From positions 1 to 64,000 of the forward strand of contig NIVC01000945.1 of the NCBI GenBank assembly GCA_002269645.1: 64,000 bases of DNA, given 5' to 3'. The notes below the pieces were generated by a model. It did not search any database, had not been told where the DNA came from, and saw nothing but the letters and a program-made list of their open reading frames with translations. Source of the stretch: Macrostomum lignano. Taxonomy: Eukaryota. A program made the position numbers and the translations under genes. Positions 1 to 12,612 of the stretch are shown here, one piece after another; position 1 is the stretch's first letter, and each line of letters starts with the position of its first letter.

Positions 1-257
1 ATTTGGATTGGATCCAATTTAATATTGAATTCCATAAATTTAATGAAATTTATTACCACCAATCCATAAATCATTAATCAGTGGCTCAGTACCATGATCA
101 GTGACATGTTGTAGTTTGCAATGTCAGGTCCAAGACTAAGTTCTCTTCTAAACATGCTTAGTCTTCTTACAAACTGAAATTTCTACAATACAATTTACAC
201 TAAACTACTGAATCTAGCTGAATGTTACATGAGGCTATACGGCTATACTACACTTAC

Positions 258-920
258 AATATACAACGGTAAGTAAATTTTGAAGGCCGACTTATAGCTA
301 GCAAAGCACTGCTTTCCACGCTTGAAGACAGCTTGCAGACCACGTATGGCAGACCTCATAGCATGTGAAGCCATGTAGAGCATTCTTCTCTGAATATTTG
401 CTTAGGACAGCCATTTTTTGTATATTTTTTTTATTTTAGTGGAAAGATGATTTCATCAATATCATTTAAATTGTATTATTCAATAAACACGTGCTTACAT
501 AATTGAATTTGTTTCTATGGAATGCATGTATTTAAAATAAAACGCGAGCTTTAACAAAAACTCTTTTTCGCTTTAATTTCTTATCCAATTATGAATATTA
601 AAAACAGCTTCGTTCTAATTGCGTTACTTCAGTTTTTAAGCAGTAAAGTGCTTTTTAAGCAAAATATACTACACTTAGTTGGAAAACAAGAGATTTGGGG
701 AGCGGGTCGGGGCCAAGACCCTCTCCGTTTCGATTGATGGTGAAAATAAAAAAGGATATTATACTATTATATTAATTAATATTTTCATTACAATTCTATA
801 TGTCTTCATACAGACAAGTCAGATCCAATTAACTAATTAGGTTAAGTGAAAGCGGGCAAAATCCATTTCTTCATATAGTTAACTTCAACTCTTCCCAAGC
901 CGAAAAGTCTTACTTTCCAT
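258..920 (-). CDS. TMEM135: Transmembrane protein 135, first two coding exons (920-914 and 389-258); gene continues off the left edge; one frameshift at about 303-305
   Basis: gccATGGAAA|gtaaga at 920-914 splices in phase 1 to cag|AG at 389, giving MEKKNALHGFTCYEVCHTWSASCLQAWKAVL. After restoring 2 nt in a T-run it continues FASYKSAFKIYLPLYI|gtaagt (donor at 257). This matches the TMEM135 N-terminal pattern CYEIGHTW..SC...KIY.PLY, recalled from memory, with the same spacing. Not in the ORF track. Confidence 0.8.
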
Positions 921-1149
921 GGCACTTCCTTCATCTGTTGAAAGAAAATTTCGATCATACGCCAAAACGAATATCCAGTTCAGGCAGAACAAAATAGCTT
1001 TTCACACTTTCCAAAACGATGTTTTTCCTGAATCGAGTACCCAGACCCATACTCGAACGCAATGTTTTTGGATTTGGCATCCACATATGCAAGCAATTGT
1101 TCTCATCAATGCAAGGATAGGAACACTTGTAAACTGTGATCGGCATTAA

Positions 1150-1620
1150 GCGCTTAATCCCATGGCCCACCCCCAATAGGCTCCCGCTCGGCTGCAGCCC
1201 GCACCGCGCGCATTGTAAATCCAATCAGCGCGTTGGCGCAGAACACGACGGATTCCTACGGAAGATGCAATAAACAGTGCGGAAATGCCCAAGCGGCTGT
1301 TTTCTCTCTGTACAATAGAGAAGCAACGGAGGCTCCCGCTGCTGTCATCGGCTATATAGACCCCCAAGCTAGCGGTGGAGAAAAAAATAACGAGAACTTT
1401 GATGGGAGAGCCACCGCGCCGCTTCTGCTGCCGCTGTGCTTGCTGCTACTGCTAGATGCCCAGCGGAGGCAAACAAGCTGAAATTCATCTCTCTTACTCC
1501 AAAAGCTGCCCCCGCCGATGGCACACGCGTCTCTTTTTTGATTGAAGCGCGGCGCGGGTGGTTGTTGAAGAAATGCGCTATTTCGGCAGTATAATACCCG
1601 CTTCTGTATAATACACGCGC
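1150..1620 (-). promoter_or_regulatory. GC/CpG-rich island upstream of TMEM135, probable promoter or 5' region
   Basis: CpG-rich patch in AT-rich surroundings, with CCAAT at 1173 and 1221, about 250-700 bp upstream of the TMEM135 start. Positional inference only. Confidence 0.3.
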
Positions 1621-4019
1621 CCCCCCTCTCAGTTCAAATAGCTGTCAGATGCAGTTCTCAGCTCTCCATATAGCATAATGCTTATGGAATGAAGTGTCTG
1701 TCGGTCTTTTTTCCTCTCGGCTCACAATTTTAGAAGCCTGAGCAATAGTAGGGACTCAACTCATTCCTGCGGGTAGAAATGGAAAGAGAATTCACTAAAC
1801 AGGAGGGAAGGATAGAGATGGTAGAGAAATCAGGTGCACAATTGATAGACGAAATGGCTTTGCCTTCAACAAGAAGCCACGCCAGGTTGGAAAGAGATTT
1901 GAGTCCGTTAAAGAAAGAAAGAAATGAGCTGATGAGGGGTGAAGGCCTTCTCTTGGATAACCATTGTGTTTGCGCTGTCACACCTGACTGATGTGTGTGA
2001 CAGGTGTTCAGTTTGCTGCGCAGGCTCTAAATATAACTGAGGCGGTATATAAATTATAATCAAGAAAAGAGAGCAGAGATAGAAGCGGAGCAATGAAAAA
2101 GAGACGAAAAGTTAAGAAAAGTCGACAGATGAAGCATAGAGACTGCAAACAGAGATGAAATATGGCATTGCAGACTGAGAGACATATGATAGCTCCAGCT
2201 GACCCTTACAATGCGATAGCTATATGAGAGACTGTCGAAAAAGTTACTGAAAAACTTTTGCATGCCGCTAGCCGAAATTCCGAGTTAAATTTAAAGCTCT
2301 GAGTACAAGCTAAATGAGAGGAAAGTTAAGAAATTAAAACAAAGTATGTACTCGAAGCTATACGTATTTCAGATCAGGGAAGACTGAACCAACTTAAAAT
2401 GTACGTGGCACTTTAGTACAATGAAATAATTAATTTGCGGAGCATTAAATTCTTCAGACAAAAGACTTACTCTATGCGATTTTATGAGTATATTAAAATT
2501 AGCTTTACTATATTTTACCAGAACAACCAACCCCTGCACCAGGAGCATGACAAGAGTTGAATTGAAATGAATGTTGACAGTTGTTCATGCAGCTTCCGCT
2601 CAATTCACTCGCGCAGTGTCAACCCCTCTCCCCACCCCCGCCGTGAGGCCTGCTGCCACTCCTGTTGCATGATAGCTTTTGCATATAGCACCGCTCAAAA
2701 CCGAAACACAACCAAAACCAGACAGTATATAGTGAGCACAGTTTTGTAAATTTGAGCTCAGAGTCTACAGGCCCACACACGACATAACTCGTACTAAATA
2801 ATTTCTGCAGTTTGATAGCGGGCAGTCAGACAGAAAGAGAAAGACTGCATGTCAAAAAAGCAGTCTGGGCCTGTGTCGATGTTTTGAAATATTTACAAAA
2901 TCGAAATTTTGAGTCATGCAGACCCTAATTATACTAATCAGTTCCCATAGTGGAGCACGCTGCTGATCTTCAGCCAATCTCAGACATACAAATTGCTTTC
3001 TAATACGTTATTAAGAAACAGTTAGCAGTCCTATCTGATGAGAGTAATAAATATCCAAATCCCAAGGGTCTAAAACAGTGTGCAGCTTAGCAATATCCCC
3101 CCAGCGTGGTTGGCTGACTCATTCATCTCAAGGCTCGTTTCCCCAAGGCCATGCGTAATGCTGAGTTATCTCAATGCCAAGGAAGGATATACGGAATGAA
3201 TTTTGGAGAAAATGAACGACAAAGCTTTCGAATTATATTTACGGATCTTGGATTCCATAAAATATGTAGTATAATACTTCTCAGCATAGACATTTATTTA
3301 GTACACAGATATCGTAAGTAGTATGCAAACCGTTAACTAAGGTAATTATCATTTGAAACTGTCAGCTAAATTCTATGTACACTACGCAAATAAAACGCTG
3401 AAACTTTGTTATTGCATTCGCTTTTTAGAAGACAAAAACATGAAAATTAGGACCAGTCATAATTCAGACGGACATGCAACAGATGGTTGATAGAAAACTC
3501 AAATCAGTATTAGTTCATCATCCTAGTAACCGGACAGTTTACCTTGGAGATCAAGAGTTATTGTCCGTAGCTAAGGTAAACAGCCGGTTGTTATGCGAGT
3601 ATTTTTTCGTTTAAAAACGATTAAAACTGCTATAAAAACATTTGATTTGAAACAAAGAGCATTCATTAGTATAGAAAATTTGACTCAACTAATACAAAAG
3701 CTAAAAGTACATGAAACTTTTAAAGTAAAAATTAATTCGGGCGCGGCAGGTGAAGCTCGACCTAATTCGTACTGACTGCTTTTGCTAAAAGCAATAGCAA
3801 ACTGATCACAAATTGTAGTTCGCGACTTGAGCTCAGACGCTAAAAAAGTTTAGTTTAAATATAAATAGAAAAAGAGATCAGAACTAAGCTCAGATTGGAA
3901 GATAGATTATATTTTAGTGACAAAACAGATTATTACAAACACAGGTGAAACTCTGACGCAAGCTATGCAGCTACACTAATGTAAGACAGAAATATAGTAT
4001 GATTGGCAGGGTTGTCAAG

Positions 4020-4165
4020 GGTACCAGTGCTGTCAGAAGTGTTCGATGTGTCTGGGGGTGTCAGGGGTTGTCAGGGATGTCAGTTGTCAGAGATGTCAGG
4101 GTTGTCGGAGGCGTCAGAGGTGTCAGGGGTGTCAGGGGTGTCAGGAGTGTCAGAGGTGTCACTGT
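4020..4165. repeat. Degenerate 9-mer tandem repeat (GTGTCAGGG-like)
   Basis: Repeated gtgtcagggg/gtgtcagag units; a related degenerate run lies at 5105-5275. Confidence 0.8.
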
Positions 4166-6123
4166 TAGGGTGATCGAGTTGTGATTAGAAGTCTAAAAAA
4201 GACTATCCATTAAGCCATATATTGTACACAGAAATAAATTGTATGAATGAAATACAACATTTGGAAATAGTTTGACAGTTTAAAATGAAAATTGATAGCC
4301 AAAAAAATACGCACAAACGCAACATACCTACATATGCTACTGCAGCAATTACAGAGGTTAATTTGTAACAGAATAAGCTCGCGACTACAGGTGTTTCTGA
4401 TATTCGAAACCTAGCGAACTAGAAGCAGCAAGAGTTGTCAACTATATCGCTAGATAATCGGCTGCATTGAAAACGCGCAATTTAATCGATGAAAATTGTG
4501 AAAGCAATTTTGGTCCGAAATGAGATGAAAAAAAAGAAAAATTTTCAGATTTCGATAGACAAGTATTTTATGCAGTAAATAACATACAGTACTAACCAGT
4601 TGACTTTCTGTAATATGTAACAAAAGCTGTCGATAATTCATGAACTGTTTGTTACAGTGAAGCTACGTTGCCAATGACAACACGGTAAAAGTCAGCTGTA
4701 CAAATACAAAAAGTACACAATCCAGTTACTATCATCTACACGGTGAAATGAGTTAACTGACTTAGTCGCATGGCATAGCTGAACATATTGATAGCAGCAA
4801 CTACAGCAGATACAAAGATAAACTGCCTGTCTGTGCATTACAATAATTCAATTGATTGCTTATATACAATGATGAATTTGCTAAATCTATTTTCTGTTTA
4901 AGCTCGTTAGCGAACGCATGCGAGAGAGAACGGTGGAGTTTCTGCAACGTTTCTCGATTGCTACCGCTTCTTCCAAGCAGGAGCAGACAATTATTGGATC
5001 GCAATTTTTTCTGAAGATTTGCAGATTCAAAGCCACAGAATTCGCTGATGCTGACTGGCTGGCTGAAGGATTATTGAAAAAAATTGACGACTTGTTAGAA
5101 TCATAGGTGTCAGACAGTTAAATTAGGTGTCAGGGATGCCAAACTGTGTCAGGGCTGCTAAATTGTGTCAGGAGTGCCTAACAACTGTGTCAGGCGTGCC
5201 AAAAAACTTTGTCAGGGTTGCTAAACTGTGTCAGGAATACTTCAGCTGTGTCAGTACTGTCAAATAAGTGTCAATGAGATCATAATTAAAGTCATAGCAA
5301 CCTTTGTTAAAATATTGCAGACTGCAAGCGTTAATCTTAACGCTACACACCTTGTCTAACCAGGCCCAGATCAAATCACAGTGCTTGGTAGGGTCAGGCA
5401 GACCTGAGGGGACAGACCCCAAGGCAGCCAAATGGTCGCACAGCACAAGCGGCCAGAGCCAATGCTGTTTGATTGACAGGTAAGGGTATAAATTAGTTGA
5501 TTAAAGCAGGGTGGCATTGCTTGAGGCTTGACTGGCTGCGCCACAAGTAATGCATTCTCTACCCAGGCAAAAGCTTTTCCTTGCGCTGGTAGGCTTGGGT
5601 GTTATCAATTGAAAATCACTGGACCGCCACCTCATACATAGAGTTTTCCTTACGCTAAGCTAAAGCTTAAAACCCCTTCAAGCTCGCGGGTCTAAGGGAC
5701 CTATGCACTGGGTTTTCAAGTTAAGACACCTTCCTTTAGCACAGCAGCCACCCCTCCACTCAGTCAGTCAGTCAGGCAGAGGCAAGGCTATAATGCTTAG
5801 AATAATTTTGCCAAGAAAAGCAAGGGCCAAATTTAACTATTTGACGTTCACTATGCTTGTAAATCTTAGAGACCGTTCGCCGTGATTGTTTACCCAGTCC
5901 CTAATATTGCGCTTGCGAAGCCAGTCTCTGTTCAGACCTTTTTAAGCTAGCAGGTCATTATCGCTACACACCTGTCAGTCAGAATCTCCTCAGAATTTAC
6001 AAATATTGACCGTTTAACGCTAATAGATTGATAGGTTGATTAGTATTGTAATTATCACTCTTCGAAAACCTTAACTTGTCTTAAGAAATAAGACAACGCT
6101 TACCTTTGTTCGGACTATTGAAT

Positions 6124-8091
6124 TCACAGGAAGGTGGTCGAGTCGGGACCAGGTCTCTGCTGCATCTTCGGGTAGCCGGTAATGGTCTTGTCGCCAAGAG
6201 CAAAGTGCTGCTGCTGATGCTGTTGAAATGGTGGCTGCAGCTGTTGGTAATGATGATGCTGCTGCTGCTGCTGCTGCATCGGATGCTGCTTGGTCCAGCC
6301 GTTTGGCGAAGCTGCTCCACCATTGAGATGCTGAGCCTGCTGCTGGTACTGCTGCTGATGCTGCTGCGGAAGCGGCGGCAGAGCGGCCTCCGGAGCGGAA
6401 CCGCAGGCTGCCTTCCGGTAGTGAGCGGCGCTGCGTCCCGGCAGCAGGAAGCTGCGCCAAGAGTTGACTGTCTTGCAGCTCCAGATCCACAGCACCGTGG
6501 TGAGACCGATGGCCAGAGAAGCGAACACCTTGATGAGGAAGGCGGCCACGCTGGGGCGGAACGGACTGCCAGGCAGGTGCCACAGGTCGCGATTGGAGAA
6601 CTCGTAGAAATTGAAGCCAGTCAAGCAAGCGGTTGGAACGATGTAGAGCGCCGAGAACAGACCGATTTTGCCCATTAGCACGTCGAATTTGTTCGTCTTC
6701 TGGCCGTCAGATTTCACGTGTCGACGGACTCGCGACATGGCGACGAAGCCGGCGACTAGGAAGACGGCCTCGAGCAGCAGGAAGAGCAGGTTGGGCACGA
6801 TCACGAAGCCGAGAAGCATGTCGCTGCTCTGGTGGCCAACGTTGCACATGCCGAACAGTTCGTCGGCTTCCACGCGGCGAAGGATGAGTACGGCGACAGT
6901 CAGGCCGACTGGCAGAATCCAGGCGGGCAGGTGAAAATAGCAGGACCGCTTGGCCACAGCCTCCGGGCTCCACTTCCAGCCGGCCTGCAGCAGCCAGGTA
7001 AACACCAGGATAACGTACCAGACGTTGGCAGCCGTGCTAAAGAAGTACTGCAGTAAGAAGACAACGGCGCAGTTGGTGTTGTCCAGACCCTGGCGGATGA
7101 GCACCAGCTGACCTGTGAGAGGATCGCGGTCGCAGGCGGCCGTCTCCCGGCCAGCGATGAGGCGGACAAAGTACGAGATGCTGTAGCACAGGTAGCAGAG
7201 CGCCATGAACACAACGGGCCGCACCGGATACTTGAACCTGGGCCTGTCGATTAGGAAAGTCAAGATGGTGGCCAGGGAGCTGAACGCGCACAGGCTGGCT
7301 AGGACGCCGATCCAGATGTCGGCGAGGCGCTTGTCCTCCTCGCTGAACAGATCATGGCCGTTGCAGCGCAGCGCGCAGTCGCCAGTGTGGTTGATGTACG
7401 CGTACTGCCGGTTGTTGCGCATGTGGCGGCAGTCCGGCTGGAAGGACTTGGCCCGAACTGCCGCTCGCCAGGCGCGCAGACGCTCGTTCCAATCGATGTT
7501 AGATTCCGCAGCACCTCCATCGATATCTTTTGACGGAGGCCGAACAGCCGGTCCGTTCGATGGGTAGCGATAGTCGAGACCGCTGCCCTCCGGCCAGAAA
7601 GACTCCGACGTTGACGAGTCGTCCAGATCGCTTTCCGGACTGCCCTCCATGCACATGTCGTCGCCGCGCTGGTTGCTGATTGGGAATCGGGTGCAGTTGA
7701 GGAAAGTCGGCCATTTGAAGCCGAACTTCTCCAGCACGGGCAGGCATCGGTGCTGGACGCGTTCGCACAGCGGCCGGCACGGGCCGATGGGTTTCGGCCA
7801 CTTGGCGTCGCACATTGGCATCAGGACGCTGCACAGGAAGAACTTGAGATTGCGCGAGCACTGATACGAGATGAGTGGGGAGAACGTGCTCAACAGAACT
7901 TCGGCGTCGCGCGGGTCGCTGTGACCGGCCAAGTTTTGCAACTTCGTTGTCTGATTATAGCCGATGTTCTGGCAAACTTCAATCGATATTGGCTCGCATT
8001 TGTGCTGGCTGAACTCCAGAGCCGCGATGGCTGCGGGCGACGCTAGCAAGATCAGCAGTAGAAGATGACAGTGCAGTGGTTGCAGTGACAT
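6124..8091 (-). CDS. FZD4: Frizzled receptor, Frizzled-4-like, intronless, 655 aa
   Basis: Signal peptide; cysteine-rich domain (CEPISIEVCQNIGYN...FFLCS...IGPCRPLC...FGFKWP..LNC..FP...MCMEG); seven hydrophobic segments; KTxxxW motif (KTVNSW); Q/H-rich tail ending T-F-L. The IGPC and MCMEG motifs favour the Fz4 subfamily; subfamily assignment is less certain than family. Confidence 0.93.
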   Translation of the reverse strand: MSLQPLHCHLLLLILLASPAAIAALEFSQHKCEPISIEVCQNIGYNQTTKLQNLAGHSDPRDAEVLLSTFSPLISYQCSRNLKFFLCSVLMPMCDAKWPKPIGPCRPLCERVQHRCLPVLEKFGFKWPTFLNCTRFPISNQRGDDMCMEGSPESDLDDSSTSESFWPEGSGLDYRYPSNGPAVRPPSKDIDGGAAESNIDWNERLRAWRAAVRAKSFQPDCRHMRNNRQYAYINHTGDCALRCNGHDLFSEEDKRLADIWIGVLASLCAFSSLATILTFLIDRPRFKYPVRPVVFMALCYLCYSISYFVRLIAGRETAACDRDPLTGQLVLIRQGLDNTNCAVVFLLQYFFSTAANVWYVILVFTWLLQAGWKWSPEAVAKRSCYFHLPAWILPVGLTVAVLILRRVEADELFGMCNVGHQSSDMLLGFVIVPNLLFLLLEAVFLVAGFVAMSRVRRHVKSDGQKTNKFDVLMGKIGLFSALYIVPTACLTGFNFYEFSNRDLWHLPGSPFRPSVAAFLIKVFASLAIGLTTVLWIWSCKTVNSWRSFLLPGRSAAHYRKAACGSAPEAALPPLPQQHQQQYQQQAQHLNGGAASPNGWTKQHPMQQQQQQHHHYQQLQPPFQQHQQQHFALGDKTITGYPKMQQRPGPDSTTFL

Positions 8092-9787
8092 CTCGATGCG
8101 TTCGTCCTTGTTCTCTTTAATAAAATCGAGCTATCCTATCTATGGTCTTATGAAAGAAAGCTATTAGCTTTGACAAGAGACAAGGCGCTCGCGCGTGTGT
8201 GTGTGGGTATCCCCCGATTCTCTTTTGTAAGCCTGCTTTTATTCCGAAGAAATGGGTTGGTGAGGTGAGTGACGTGTGTGCCTAGCCAATGAGGTCTGCC
8301 AGCGAATTAGATAGGGGCTAACTAAAAAGCAAGCTGAGAAAGGCGGGCAGTAGCTGCCTCTCAGTCGACAGACAAGTCTGGTGGGGCTTTTGCCTGCCTG
8401 TCTGCCCTCCCTGCCACCCCACAGTTCCGGATGGTAGCTTGTCAGTCAGTATGGGGCGCCCATCAGTTTTTGGAAGCAATTGAGGTCCACGGAGGTAGGG
8501 CTGTCAATAATTCCTCTCTCTCTATCCCTTCATCTCCTCTTCTCCCCCATAACCCGCTTCTGTCTCCTCCACCCATCAAACAAAACTATAGACTGCGTGC
8601 ATAGCTGAGATTTGAACTGGCTTTCCTCAGCTGCCGCCTCAACTTGCTCTGTCAGCAATGGGCTCCGGCGGTTCCTTCCTGGCCGGGGTCTTCACGTCGG
8701 CTTGTTTGAATTTTGAGTACAGTTGGAGTTGAAGCCTGGCAGTGGCTGCCTCTCTGCCTCTGGGTGTGTGGAGTGTGTGTGTGTGGCCTCCGCTCGTCGA
8801 CCATTTGTTTGTCTTTAATTTATATTCCGAAGCTTCATTTTCTCTGCTTGTGAAACGGACCCTCCGAAGCCGCTCCTGCGCGCACACACACACGTCGGTA
8901 GGCAAACACACGGGGAGTCCTGACAAAACAAAGCCTCGGCTTGGTCATAGCGGCCTGGAACTTGGGGCTGAGTCGTCCCAAACCCACCCAATCCTTCTCA
9001 CACTCGAGACAAGAGCAGCAGGATTGAGTGATTGATTGAGCCAGCGAGTGAGTAAGTGAGAGTTTCGGGAGAACAGGCGGAAGATTGGGATCAACCTATT
9101 ACACAGAACTGTAAAACCAAAAAAGACAACGGCAAACCGAAGCCCCTTCCTGTACTGCCAAAACCCTTGAGCACATCGACCTTCACCGTGTGTTTGCTTT
9201 CCACTCAAGCCAGCTAGGCCAGGTACGAATCGAGAGCGAACGGACCTTATTTTTCCCTTCTAAGCCACAACAGGCAGCGGTCCCTTCTTCTCTCTTTGTC
9301 TCTCGCGTTGCTCAACTTGCTCGCTGAAAATTTGCTCAGATTTCGGTTTGCTCATTCATTGTTTGCCTTCATATAGACATGTATAGCTGCGACGCTCAGA
9401 GACCCACTACGGTAGATATCGTACGACCATTATACGACTACGGAAACCCATTGCTCAAGCTTTTGTGTTTGCTGAAGAACCACAAGGGAGAGAGTGGGGT
9501 GAGCTCTCCTAAACTGCAGCGTCAACAGCCTCACTCAATTATCGGTAGATTTTAGAACTCACTGCGCCAGTGTGACTCATCAAAACGATTCGCATACTGA
9601 TTATCACCTTCAGATGCAATTTAAGTAAGCGACTGTGCAAAAGGTGCGAATACTGACTGATGAGCCCTAATTAGAGAGGACGGGACTGATATCATGATTC
9701 TGTTTCAAGCCGAAATACACCAAATTATCTTTTATCCAATTTTCACCCCGGGGTGCAGAGGGCAGGGTGCGATTCGCAGCCATGAAG

Positions 9788-9895
9788 GCCAACCCCCAAG
9801 GCACAGGGAGTGTACATGCCTGACCCTACGGCTGCACAGTGTGCAACAGTTTCCCTGACTGTACAACAGTCAGGAGTCAGCGGAATGGGCAGAAT
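9788..9895. repeat. Dispersed short repeat, copy 1 (GCCAACCCCCAAGG...CAGGAGTCAGCGGAATGGGCAGAA)
   Basis: The same two motifs recur at 26899-27695 (interrupted by a foldback element) and, more diverged, at 59922-60068. Confidence 0.55.
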
Positions 9896-11157
9896 TGATT
9901 TCAGTGGGACGTCGCCGAAGGTAATCGCAACCTTCCTGCTAGCTCGTATTGTTCGTCTTTTTTATTACCCCGCCGCGGTCTAGGAAATTGCTTTCGATAC
10001 AAATCAGAAGTCATGAACTTGCTCAATAATATGAAGCAATGCTAGGCAACAATGAAAGTTAATTAAGTTTAAAGGTTGGGGATACCTATATAGACTTACT
10101 AATTCTTCCTGACACAGCTTAGTCAGCCAACCCCTCTCGGCCTCACAAGTCGGAGTCAGCGTCAGCAGCAAAGGCACGTTCTGTGCAATTCCAACACGCA
10201 AGCACGCGCACCGGTTCTGTGATTCTGACCGCATCGAACCATCAGGGACTAGCCATATCCAGTCTCACAGTATTCACCCTACTAGTATAACTATAAGCGC
10301 GGGGGCAAAAAAGTTTTCTTCTCGCTCGTCGTCAGAAAAAATGCTTTTTTTTCAAAGCAGACGCTGCGGCACATACAGAGATAGCATTATCTTCCAGGGG
10401 CAGACGGGAGTTCGGCTAGGTAAGATCCTGAAAACGGAACCTTCCAGGCGATGCCTTGTCTGGCCCTCGGTGGCCCCCCGACCCAAGCCAAGAAAACCTT
10501 CAAAAAGAGTCTGGATTGCCAAGTATTTTCTAGACACTTCAAGACACTAGAATGCAGTGTCTTGCTTGACAAACTCATTTCGTCAGTTAGCGAATAAGCA
10601 AAGATGAGATCACTTGATTTAATAGCGAGATTTGATAAACTACAATTTAACATCAATCAATCACTTGCACGTTTTCAGGATCTACAAACTTGGGAAAGTT
10701 GAGTTGTCAATCCGGATAATCGTTCAAAGTCTCCTTTGCTTCATCTTCTTCCCTCACCCCTTTCCCCCCGTCTGCTCGATGCCTTCAACCCTCAAAGTTG
10801 AAGAAAGGACACGTCAAACCGTCAAAAAACCTGGCATCTGCATGGCGCCCCCCGGATCCTCCTCAGCCCGCGCCCAGACACAACAGGGGGTCGGGGTCGG
10901 ACTTGCCCCCCCCCCCCTGTCCCGATGGACAAGAATACCCAATCCCCCCGTAGGAAAGTCTGCGCAACAATAAGGCTAAGTATTTAGGTAAGCAAGTAAA
11001 AAAGCATAGCTCGTATGTAAGAATCGTCGGGAAAGTGGAGGGGAAGTCTGCAATGCTCGACTAACCCAACCTCCCGCTGTGCATTGCTTGAACACTGTTT
11101 GGGAACACACCTAAAATATTTAATTGTCCACTTTCACAAAACCTAAATTTATAAGAA

Positions 11158-11280
11158 CTAAACTTCAGAGAGACCTAAAGAATATGAGACCTAATCTTGA
11201 TGAGACCTAAAATTCATGAGACCTAAACTTTGTGACCTAAACTTCATGAAATCTAAAACTCATGAGACCTAAACTTAATG
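11158..11280. repeat. Degenerate ~17-mer tandem repeat (AAACTTCATGAGACCT-like)
   Basis: About 7 imperfect units visible. Confidence 0.7.
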
Positions 11281-11767
11281 GTATAACCCTCTTCAATTAG
11301 AGAGTATTTTGGCTCAATTCCTCGTCTCTCTTGGAGCCCCATCCCCTCGGGCAAAGTTGTGAGTCTTGTAGACTGCGTATGCAATTATATATACTGGTTG
11401 TGCAATTGGACAACATGCACCCGGACCCCATGGGGGTTGGGGCGCCGATCCCTTTTTCTTCGCATCTTTCATTCTAAAGTCCTTCCATAGCCAGCAGGTC
11501 TAATAAATGCTATTTATCAAACATCTTGCTGGGTCCTTGAGAACACAATAGAAATTTGAAGGCGCAGAACGCTTGGCTGGCTTTTCTCGAACTTGTTGTT
11601 GGTCTCTCTTTTTCCACATTTTTTATTGTAAGTCCCATGGGATCTTGCCACAGGATTTGAAGAGCCATGACCCTCATGTGTATTTATTTGGGCGGTTTTG
11701 GATTTTTCAAATATTTTTTCTTTCTTCGAGTAAATTGGATTGGGGTAATACTATTACTATGTAAGAG

Positions 11768-12410
11768 TTTGGCGCTTCAGTCATGATTTCGGCGCTTCAG
11801 CCATGATTTCGGCGCTTCAGCCATGATTTCGGCGCTTCAGTCATGATTTCGGCGCTTCAGCCATGATTTCGGCGCTTCAGCCATGATTTCGGCGCTTCAG
11901 TCATGATTTCGGCGCTTCAGTTATGATTTCGGCGCTTCAGTTATGATTTTGGCGCTTCAGTCATGATTTCGGCGCTTCAGTCATGATTTCGGCGCTTCAG
12001 TTATGATTTCGGCGCTTCAGTTATGATTTTGGCGCTTCAGCCATGATTTCGGCGCTTCAGCCATGATTTCGGCGCTTCAGTTATGATTTTGGCGCTTCAG
12101 CCATGATTTCGGCGCTTCAGTCATGATTTCGGCGCTTCAGTCATGATTTCGGCGCTTCAGTCATGATTTCGGCGCTTCAGTTATGATTTCGGCGCTTTAG
12201 TCATGATTTCGGCGCTTCAGTTATGATTTCGGCGCTTCAGTCATGATTTCGGCGCTTCAGTCATGATTTCGGCGCTTTAGCCATGATTTTGGCGCTTCAG
12301 TCATAATTTCGGCGCTTTAGCCATGATTTTGGCGCTTCAGTCATGATTTCGGCGCTTCAGTCATGATTTCGGCGCTTCAGTCATGATTTCGGCGCTTCAG
12401 TCATGATTTC
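11768..12410. repeat. 20-bp minisatellite GGCGCTTCAGTCATGATTTC, about 32 copies
   Basis: Near-perfect 20-nt period. Confidence 0.97.
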
Positions 12411-12431
12411 AGAGCCTCTTGTCCCGGTTGT

Positions 12432-12612
12432 GGCGCCAACCAAATCCCAATTAGGCGCCAACCAAATCCCAATTAAGCGCCAACCAAATCCCAATTAGGC
12501 GCCAACTATATCCCAATTAAGCGCCAACCAAATCCCAATTAGGCGCCAACCAAATCCCAATTAGGCGCCAACCAAATCCCAATTAGGCGCCAACTATATC
12601 CATATTAGGCGC
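12432..12612. repeat. 21-bp minisatellite GGCGCCAACCAAATCCCAATTA-like
   Basis: About 8 units. Confidence 0.92.

Noticed and set aside
61-180. Possible third TMEM135 exon (acceptor aaatttcag near 175)
   Set aside because: No frame resembles the expected continuation; the next exon is probably outside the window.
955-1481. ORFs 919..1149, 955..1224, 1146..1367 and 1233..1481
   Set aside because: No recognisable motifs; they overlap the 5' and promoter region of TMEM135.
6071-8046. Many overlapping ORFs on both strands over Frizzled
   Set aside because: Shadow frames of a GC-rich coding region and its CAG-rich tail.
10340-10980. Several short ORFs suggesting a decayed retroelement ORF
   Set aside because: No reverse transcriptase, endonuclease or gag motif could be identified.
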